Shown: positions 57,059 to 64,000 of the stretch, one piece after another
Layout: each line of letters begins with the position of its first letter
Numbering within the stretch: position 1 is the stretch's first letter
Source of the DNA: Syntrophorhabdaceae bacterium
Lineage (GTDB): Bacteria; Desulfobacterota; Syntrophorhabdia; Syntrophorhabdales; Syntrophorhabdaceae
NCBI GenBank assembly: GCA_963665295.1
Contig: OY762209.1
Location: 2,112,001-2,176,000, forward strand
Reading direction: 5' to 3'
DNA: 64,000 nt
Program-made: the position numbers and the translations under genes
Notes under the pieces: generated by a model
What the model saw: the letters and a program-made list of their open reading frames with translations, nothing else
What the model was told of the DNA's origin: nothing
Databases searched by the model: none

Positions 57059-57797
57059 GGGACCCTTTCTTCATCTTTCCGGCCCTCTGCCTTCGGGCCT
57101 CGTAAACCGCGGCGGCTACCGACGTGGCGAGGTTCAGGGAACGGAAGGTCTCTGCAGTAGGTATGCGGAGAATGACGTCGCATTTTGCCCGTGTCAGCCT
57201 CCTCAAACCGCTTTCCCTGCCGAAGACGAGGCAGACGGAACCCGACAGGTCGGCGTCCCACACGGGGCTTTCACCCTCCTCATCGAGACCGTAGCAGAAT
57301 ACGCCCGCATCCTTTAACTCATCGAGGTACCTGGCAAGGTTGGTAACCCTCACGATGTTCGCATGGGTGAGCGCCCCTTTCGCGACACGCCCGACTGTTT
57401 CCGTCACTCCGCACGATTTCTCCCTAGGCATGATCAGGGCATTCACCTCGAAACAGGCCGTGCTCCGGACGATATTACCGAAATTCTGTGGGTCGTAGAT
57501 ACCGTCAAAGGCGCAGACCAAAGGGTTGGCCACGGCAGAGAGTCCTTTCAGGAAGACATCCTGATCGGTATAGGAGAACTCCTCCGTTTCGAGACAGACA
57601 TGACATTTCTCTCCCTTGCACTGCCTCCGGAACAGGTCGTCGGGAAGGACTTTGAAGGAAACGCCCTGCTTCTTTGCCTCTTTGATAATCGCTTCGGAGA
57701 CCCTCTCAAACCCTTTTTCGATGGAGAGCCTGCGGACCGTCTCGGGACGGCCCGACATGGCGGCGAGGATACTCTCCTTATCCGTGAGAAGCGGCAT
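57045..57797 (-). CDS. rlmB: TrmH-family 23S rRNA methyltransferase (RlmB-like)
   Basis: DPQNFGNIVRS, VFGRESG, SLNLATS. Confidence 0.87.
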   Translation of the reverse strand: MPLLTDKESILAAMSGRPETVRRLSIEKGFERVSEAIIKEAKKQGVSFKVLPDDLFRRQCKGEKCHVCLETEEFSYTDQDVFLKGLSAVANPLVCAFDGIYDPQNFGNIVRSTACFEVNALIMPREKSCGVTETVGRVAKGALTHANIVRVTNLARYLDELKDAGVFCYGLDEEGESPVWDADLSGSVCLVFGRESGLRRLTRAKCDVILRIPTAETFRSLNLATSVAAAVYEARRQRAGKMKKGSHEGR

Positions 57798-58506
57798 CGC
57801 CTATATCCTTTATTATACGGGTCAGCAGCTCCTTCGGGTTGTCGCCGGCCGTCACCGTCCGGCCGAGGACGATATAGGTGGCCCCCCGTTCAATTGCTTC
57901 CCTTGGGGTGACGGTCCTTCGCTGATCATCCTTCTTCTTGTCGTCCACCCTTACGCCGGGGGTGACAATGGCAAAGTCCCTGCCGCACGATTCCCGGATC
58001 ATCTCGATGTCCTGTCCGCTTGCCACCACGCCGTCCAGCCCCGCCTCGAGGGCAAGTTGGGCGAGCCGTTTCGTGAGGTCGTGGGCGGATAGCTGGAAAC
58101 CGACCCGCGCGAGCTCGGCGTCGTCGAGACTCGTGAGGACCGTGACCCCGATAATCCTGGGCCGCGGGGCGTGGATCTCTTTCGCCGCGCCGCGCAAGGC
58201 CGTCTGCGCCTCTCTCATCATGGTGAGCCCTCCCGAGGCATGGACGTTCAGCATGTCCACACCGAGCTTCAGGGCCTCCACCGACGCCTTCGACACCGTG
58301 TTGGGTATGTCATGGTACTTCAAATCGAGAAAAACCTTTGATTCCTTCAGTTTTATAAAGTCCACTATCTTGGGGCCGCAATGGGTGAAAAGCTGCTTGC
58401 CGACCTTGAACATGCCCACGTGGTCTTTGAACTCGAGGACGAGCCTCTGGGCTTCCTCGAAATGGTCCACGTCGAGGGCAAGAATGATCTTCTCTTTCGG
58501 GTCCAT
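57778..58506 (-). CDS. pyrF: orotidine-5'-phosphate decarboxylase
   Basis: LALD, FLDLKYHDIPNTV, VTVLTS, TPGVR, DQRR, LGR. Confidence 0.97.
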   Translation of the reverse strand: MDPKEKIILALDVDHFEEAQRLVLEFKDHVGMFKVGKQLFTHCGPKIVDFIKLKESKVFLDLKYHDIPNTVSKASVEALKLGVDMLNVHASGGLTMMREAQTALRGAAKEIHAPRPRIIGVTVLTSLDDAELARVGFQLSAHDLTKRLAQLALEAGLDGVVASGQDIEMIRESCGRDFAIVTPGVRVDDKKKDDQRRTVTPREAIERGATYIVLGRTVTAGDNPKELLTRIIKDIGDAASHG

Positions 58507-58666
58507 AAACACCTCCTTATTATAATCGGCGGCGCACAGGTAAAATCGCCACAAATTCTTTTACCCTTTTTCCTGCCGGAAGTAAAGAAACCGGCCCCCC
58601 CGGAAGCCTCTTCGGAAGGGCTGCGCACTTTCCGAACAAAAAGATTAAATTCTTTTAATTATTTGC

Positions 58667-58695
58667 TTGACAAAAATTCGAGGCGTTGCTATAAA
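58667..58695 (+). promoter_or_regulatory. strong sigma70 promoter of the porin gene
   Basis: TTGACA-17-TATAAA with an extended -10 TG and AT-rich upstream DNA. Confidence 0.78.
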
Positions 58696-58765
58696 ATTAA
58701 AAAAGTTTAATAAAAGGAGGTGGAGTATTCTTAAAAGGATTCACCAAATCAAAAAGGAGGCAGGA

Positions 58766-60211
58766 ATGAAGAAGACTGTTATCGTATTACTTGCATTATT
58801 TCTTGCTTTGCCGGCAGTCAGCTTCGCCGGCAGCGCAACAAGCCGGTGGGACATGACAATCGGCGGTTATGTAAAGTTTGACATGGGTTGGGGAAGTCAG
58901 GCGCAGGGTCAGGATGCATATCTTGCCCAGAGAGCCGGAACAAGCACCGACTATTATGCAGACAAGAACGGAAACTTCTATGGGTACGCCGGTGAGACAA
59001 GACTTAACTTCCTCACCAGAGGACCCGATGCTTGGGGCGCAAAGACATCCGCCTTTGTCGAAGGTCATTTCAGGGGCGACTCAACCTCCAGCAGCACTAC
59101 CGGCACAGTCAACGTAGCAGCCGCCGGCGCACCTGCGGACTGGCGTACGACGACAAACGCCACCAACACCAGCAACCAGGGTGGCTTTGCTCTGAGACAT
59201 GCCTTCATGCAGTTCGACTGGCCTTCGACCAAGTTGATCATTGGTCAGACCTGGCAGAAGTGGGGACTCCTTCCTACCTTTGCAAACACCCTTCTCGAGT
59301 ATAACGGCCTCGGCCCCTTCCTTAAGGGCTCCAGGCAGCCTCTCGTAAGAGTGGAGCAGACCTTCGCCAAGAACTGGAACTGGGCGGCAAGCGTTATCTC
59401 CCCCACGAACACCCTCGGCGGAAACAACCAGAACGGCGCGGGCGCAGTTGATACCTACACGACGAGCCAGTATCCCTTCTTCGAAGGTTCCGTAGGTTGG
59501 ACCTCCGACAAGTGCGGCAACATCGGTCCGTGGCAGATGCTCTTCAATTTGGAAGGCTTTTACGGCAAACAGAAACAGTCAGATCCCGGCTGGAGCGCAA
59601 ACCAGGGCGGCGTCAACATCAACTGGCTCAACTCAGCCAACTTCCAGACCTCCAACGTGGATGCCTGGGGTATCGCATTCAAGGGTTTCATTCCTGTAAT
59701 TCCTGAGAAGAAAGGCAACAAGAAGGGCGCCCTCGGCGTATCAGGCGTTGTCTTCTATGCCCAGAACCCCGGTTGGTATCAGGGTCCTGTAACCGCCGTT
59801 TCCTATAACTCCCAGAGTTCAGTAACAGCAGCCACAACATGGAACTCATATCATGCACCTACAACTTACGGTGGATGGGGACAGGTTTCTTATTACCTCA
59901 CCGACAAACTGTATGTGAACGGCTGGTACGGCTATATGTCCAACAACTACAGCCAGAATTTCACGAACTTCGCCAACACGGGAACAAACGGCTGGGCCCT
60001 TTCAGGCCAGGTATCGAACACGACTCAGTACATCTTGAACGTATCCTACGACGTGAATGCAGCCATCAGGTTCGGTCTTGAGGGCGCTTATTTCAACACC
60101 CGTTATCTTACTTACGGGCAGAACCCCTTCAACCAGAGCGCAAGTGGTTACAACACTCAGAAAGACGGCTCCTACTATACGGTCAGAGTCGGCGCGTACT
60201 ACTTCTTCTAA
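58766..60211 (+). CDS. outer-membrane beta-barrel porin (DcaP-like)
   Basis: Signal peptide, GGYVKFD, TRLNF, LRHAF, GQTW, C-terminal YYFF; biased codon use. Confidence 0.78.
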   Translation: MKKTVIVLLALFLALPAVSFAGSATSRWDMTIGGYVKFDMGWGSQAQGQDAYLAQRAGTSTDYYADKNGNFYGYAGETRLNFLTRGPDAWGAKTSAFVEGHFRGDSTSSSTTGTVNVAAAGAPADWRTTTNATNTSNQGGFALRHAFMQFDWPSTKLIIGQTWQKWGLLPTFANTLLEYNGLGPFLKGSRQPLVRVEQTFAKNWNWAASVISPTNTLGGNNQNGAGAVDTYTTSQYPFFEGSVGWTSDKCGNIGPWQMLFNLEGFYGKQKQSDPGWSANQGGVNINWLNSANFQTSNVDAWGIAFKGFIPVIPEKKGNKKGALGVSGVVFYAQNPGWYQGPVTAVSYNSQSSVTAATTWNSYHAPTTYGGWGQVSYYLTDKLYVNGWYGYMSNNYSQNFTNFANTGTNGWALSGQVSNTTQYILNVSYDVNAAIRFGLEGAYFNTRYLTYGQNPFNQSASGYNTQKDGSYYTVRVGAYYFF

Positions 60212-60234
60212 GAAGAGCGTAATTCAGCCACATC

Positions 60235-60261
60235 GGGGAGGCGAAAGCCTCCCCTTTTTTT
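60235..60261 (+). terminator. Rho-independent terminator
   Basis: GGGGAGGC-GAAA-GCCTCCCC followed by T7. Confidence 0.92.
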
Positions 60262-60410
60262 GTCCTGTGCCCCGGGGGCTGAACCAGGGAAGACCGTTCC
60301 CCATGGGTGTTGCGGATAGGGCGCCGTTCCGGACCGGGCTTTTGTGCATGTTCCCCGCGGTTGTCTGTTGACACTGCGGGATATTTTTTGCTAAGCTCTA
60401 CTTCAGATAG

Positions 60411-60498
60411 GCCGGAGTGGTGGAATAGGCAGACGCGTCGGACTCAAAATCCGATGGAGCTTGGCTCTGTGCGGGTTCAAGCCCCGCCTCCGGCACCA
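60411..60498 (+). tRNA. tRNA-Leu (anticodon CAA)
   Basis: GCCGGAG/CTCCGGC acceptor stem, GGTGGAATAGGCAGAC D arm, CTCAAAA anticodon loop, long variable arm, GTTCAA, encoded CCA. Confidence 0.96.
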
Positions 60499-60589
60499 AT
60501 AATTCCAAGGATTTATCCTCCTCCGAAAATTCCTTTCATTTACCGTCCTCTGAATTGTGCAGTCTTCGTGCTGTAGACTTTTCGGTGAA

Positions 60590-60745
60590 GAACATGATCG
60601 AGGGTATTGACCGCCTTTGTCATATGCGAAGGGGCAAGGTGTGCACACCGCAGGGTCATGCTGATATTCTTGTGACCGGGAAGCATCTTGACGGTGGTGA
60701 GATCGAAGCCGCTCATTACAAGGTGAAAAGCGAAGAGGGGATGTC
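60590..60745 (-). pseudogene. C-terminal remnant of a tyrosine integrase
   Basis: FAFHLVMSGFDLTTVKMLPGHKNISMTLRCAHLAP matches box II (LGH...T.RY.H) with Tyr replaced by Cys; no N-terminal part; next to a tRNA. Confidence 0.82.
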
Positions 60746-61050
60746 CGGAAAAAGTCTCAAAACTCGCTTTCAGAAAGGATTTGCGGGCGGTCCCGAAAGA
60801 AATGGGGTTGCCAATTGAACTATTGAAGGATGTCCCGGTAGCCCTAATAGTTTGCACCTGGAAGTCGATAACCCAGGCCGAGGGCTCGAGCAAGAGTTAC
60901 GCATAGAAAGCGCTAAGGGGCCAAGAGAAGGGGCGAGGGTGGACCGCACCTACAAAAGCCATGAGCGAAAAATACTTGCACGTGAAAATTGCCAATCGAA
61001 CCTGGCGGCATTCTCTTGGCAATTCATCGATTGCCCTCCCAGTCTCCGCC

Positions 61051-63678
61051 TTACTGAATCGTAAAGGACCGCGTCTCTGAAACCGTCTCTCGGTTGATTG
61101 CATCCCAGGCCCTTATCCTGAAGTAGCCCGGGGCAGTCCCGATGAGCTTCTTTACCGCCTTCCAGTTGGCCATGGACAAAGACTCCCGAAGCGTGACATC
61201 GACGTCGGGATGTTGGGTCGAGTATGTGAAAGTCTTAACCTTCCCCGATTTGCTGAAATCCGACAGGGAACTGACTTCAAGCCTGAATTTTATGTTCGAG
61301 AGGGTAGCAAAATCGAAGACAGGGGCCGTCGCGCCCGGCAGAACCGCGCCGGTTGCCGGAGAGTTGATGGTGACGGCTTGTACTTGGCCTGCCTTAAAGC
61401 TTCTCGCCTCGCTCTCCACAATTGATGCGCCCTTTTTCTTCTGCTTCCCCGTGACCTTCCAATAGACGTTCCGGATCGCCCCGATATTGTTGCTTGATTT
61501 AACGATATTCTTCCATGTCGATGCCGAGGGCGTCCAGGCGGTTTTAGTGCCGGATATGCTTGCAGAAGCAACCGGGGAGTGAAAGTCGGTCTGCGACACG
61601 GAAAAAAGGACCGTGAACCCGGTAAACGATTCAGTGGCGATCCAGCTGAAAGTGGGTTGGCGGCCCGATACAAGGGAATCCGGACCTGCGACCATTGCTT
61701 CCGCCGGCGAGGCAAGGGACAAGAGAGGTGGGGGCAGTCCGGCGTACGTTGTGGCGATTGTCCGTGCCGCTGTATCGGTCCAGTAAAGGGTATCCCCTTC
61801 AGACGCAAGGCCGCACCCCTGCGCGTACTGGTAAAATGAACGGCGCCCGCCGGCCTTGGGCACACCGGAAATACCCCATGGGCTTATCGAGTAAACCAGG
61901 TCCGGTCCGAGGGTGAGATACGTTGACATGGGCTCTGCCATTGCCAGTAACGTGAGAGTGCCGCCTTTTATCGGCACGCTCGTTACGTTTCCGCCCAGAA
62001 TATATAGGTAATCGCCGTCCACGGCAAAGTCCTCTATATCGCCGGTCCTTGCTACAACTGTGACGGCGCCGCCTGTCTTGGGCATCCTGTTAATAATATA
62101 AATATATCCATATCCCGACTGAAAACTTTCGCTGCCCCAGTACACCGTGTCTCCCTTGACTCTCAGGGGAAAACCCGAGGGATTCCATTTTAAATGGTCA
62201 GATGACAGTGTTGAAGTTCCGGTGCCGTCTTTTGCGGTTTTCCGGACAACCGCTTCCATGTCAACGGAGTACACGAATTCATCGTCCGCGTCTATACTCT
62301 GGATCTCGGAAGAAGGGAAGTACACGATCCGTTCCACAGCGCCTCCCGACAGGGGGACCTTCTTGATGGAACAGCCGTCGGGGAAATAAGCGGCGGTGGA
62401 ATCGGTGACAAACTCCATGTTCCTGGATTCGATGCCACGCATCGATATTCCCCCCAGCACCGGGGTGACCGGCCCGCCGTCCTGCGGGACTTTCGCAATC
62501 TGTCCGTCGGTGCGGTTACACGAACGCACCGAATAGTCCTCCGCCCAGTAGAGGTCGGTGTCCCAGACCGCCAACCGGCGGGCGAAGTCCACGCTGCCCG
62601 TGAGCGTGGTGACTATTCCGCCTGTGGTGGGCATTCTCTTAATGGAGCCGGGATTCTTATATCTATCCGCGTTTTCCGACCAGTAGAGATACCCCCCGCC
62701 AACGGCGAGGTCTTGGGGGTAATAGAGATTGTCGACGAGGACCTGCGGCGTTCCGCCGCCAAAAGGAATGACGTTCACCGAGTGGTCGTCGATCCAGTAC
62801 ACGTCCCCGCCGTCGATAACGATCCTCAACGGGCGGTTAGTGGGTCCGGGTTCGGTGCCGAGCTTGTCAGGCGCGAGAACGGCGAGGACGGTCGGAGTTC
62901 CGCCGGAAGCTGAAGACTTCATGAGTCTGTTCCTGCCTTGGGATATGTCGGCAAACACGACCTGCCCTTGATAAGCGGCCATGACCCCATGGATGTAACT
63001 TTGATCGGTTTCTGTTGGAGCGAAGACTACGCCGGCTGCTCCGCCGGAGAGCGGCATCATTCTGATCGTTCCGTGATCGAATCCGGTGTCTGCCTGTTCG
63101 ATCCAATAAAGGTTATCGTTGTCCCGCGCGAGTGACAGGATAGGGGCCTGCGTGGAATATAGCGTAGCGGCTTCATCCCCGGTTGTTGAGATCTTCTCGA
63201 TGATATTTGGAAAGCGTGTGAGTCCGGATGCCCAGTTCTCTAAGGGGGTCCAGTAGATGAAACCGTCGTGGGTCACTACATTCTGATAGGCTAGAGTCCG
63301 CAATCTACCGGTGAATCTGTTCGACAGGGCCGTGGTAATCGTGCCGTCAAGGGAGGACTTGTTAAGTCTTATCCGGCTTGGTTGCATCACGAGGTCGGTG
63401 GCCTCGATCCAATAGATATCCCCGTCATAGACCGTAAGGCTTATGGGGGTTCCCATGGGTTTAGCGAGAGAAATTATGTCTCCTCCGCTTTTCAGCCTGG
63501 TCCGAATAGATGCATCATCCAATTGAGACCAGATGAGCCTGTCGCCCTGAACGCCCACGAAGCAACTCTCAACATCGGAAACCAGAACTTGGCCGGCCGC
63601 CATCAGCATTCCCGTTGTCGCGGCAAAGATAGACGCCGCGAGTACCAGCGCAAAGGCAATCCGCTGGATTCTCTGCAT
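61051..63678 (-). CDS. secreted multi-bladed beta-propeller protein with two C-terminal beta-sandwich-like repeats
   Basis: Signal peptide; many D..LYW...I...P..GG repeats; two SP..P.F...W...E.RSF modules. Confidence 0.8.
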   Translation of the reverse strand: MQRIQRIAFALVLAASIFAATTGMLMAAGQVLVSDVESCFVGVQGDRLIWSQLDDASIRTRLKSGGDIISLAKPMGTPISLTVYDGDIYWIEATDLVMQPSRIRLNKSSLDGTITTALSNRFTGRLRTLAYQNVVTHDGFIYWTPLENWASGLTRFPNIIEKISTTGDEAATLYSTQAPILSLARDNDNLYWIEQADTGFDHGTIRMMPLSGGAAGVVFAPTETDQSYIHGVMAAYQGQVVFADISQGRNRLMKSSASGGTPTVLAVLAPDKLGTEPGPTNRPLRIVIDGGDVYWIDDHSVNVIPFGGGTPQVLVDNLYYPQDLAVGGGYLYWSENADRYKNPGSIKRMPTTGGIVTTLTGSVDFARRLAVWDTDLYWAEDYSVRSCNRTDGQIAKVPQDGGPVTPVLGGISMRGIESRNMEFVTDSTAAYFPDGCSIKKVPLSGGAVERIVYFPSSEIQSIDADDEFVYSVDMEAVVRKTAKDGTGTSTLSSDHLKWNPSGFPLRVKGDTVYWGSESFQSGYGYIYIINRMPKTGGAVTVVARTGDIEDFAVDGDYLYILGGNVTSVPIKGGTLTLLAMAEPMSTYLTLGPDLVYSISPWGISGVPKAGGRRSFYQYAQGCGLASEGDTLYWTDTAARTIATTYAGLPPPLLSLASPAEAMVAGPDSLVSGRQPTFSWIATESFTGFTVLFSVSQTDFHSPVASASISGTKTAWTPSASTWKNIVKSSNNIGAIRNVYWKVTGKQKKKGASIVESEARSFKAGQVQAVTINSPATGAVLPGATAPVFDFATLSNIKFRLEVSSLSDFSKSGKVKTFTYSTQHPDVDVTLRESLSMANWKAVKKLIGTAPGYFRIRAWDAINRETVSETRSFTIQ

Positions 63679-64000
63679 TAGCCCTCCCTCCCTATCAACA
63701 GATCCGGGGCAAGATGATTTGCTCATATCAAAATGTGCCCGGTGAAAGCACTTTACCCAAAGTATCTCCTAATTGGCACAATTGTGCAAGAAAAAAACCA
63801 ACAAATGAAAAAAGAGACTAATAGGTCAATGCGCCGCGTCAAACAGAGGCCGTAGTGTAGTTGACAGAGCCGCAAACCTTTCACGCCACATTCCTGTAAA
63901 GGTCACCATGTGTTCATTGTCCCCCTTTCTTTTGGATTTCAAGTTTAAAATCAATAAAGGACGCGAAAAGTGCAACACAGTATCATTTGAAATCAAGTGC

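Noticed and set aside
63774..63788. sigma54 promoter TGGCACAATTGTGCA
   Set aside because: GG-GC spacing is 11 rather than 12; better read as a palindromic operator

Overview
Bacterial chromosomal window with moderately high GC; gene content suggests an anaerobic deltaproteobacterium such as a Syntrophorhabdaceae-like lineage (inference only). 1-14 kb is a late flagellar cluster (flgFGAHI, flgJ-like, flgMNKL, csrA, fliW, a GT2-TPR glycosyltransferase, fliC, flaG, fliD, fliS) with readable sigma54 and sigma28 promoters. 14-33 kb is a glycosylation island: a methyltransferase, five TPR + GT41 (SPINDLY/OGT-like) paralogues, one being a chimera made by a near-perfect 2,090-bp tandem duplication, and a 2,203-aa multi-enzyme glycan-modifying protein; three sigma54 promoters lie within the island. 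33-40 kb holds motor and c-di-GMP genes (REC, HD-GYP, PilZ, motAB, HDOD, GGDEF). 40-60 kb holds housekeeping and signalling genes, including an NRAMP-related Mg-type transporter plus a soluble MgtE-like CBS protein, preceded by an unannotated 26-codon acidic/Pro leader ORF. The window ends with a porin, tRNA-Leu(CAA), a dead integrase fragment and a secreted beta-propeller protein. All calls are from motif reading by eye; no searches were run.
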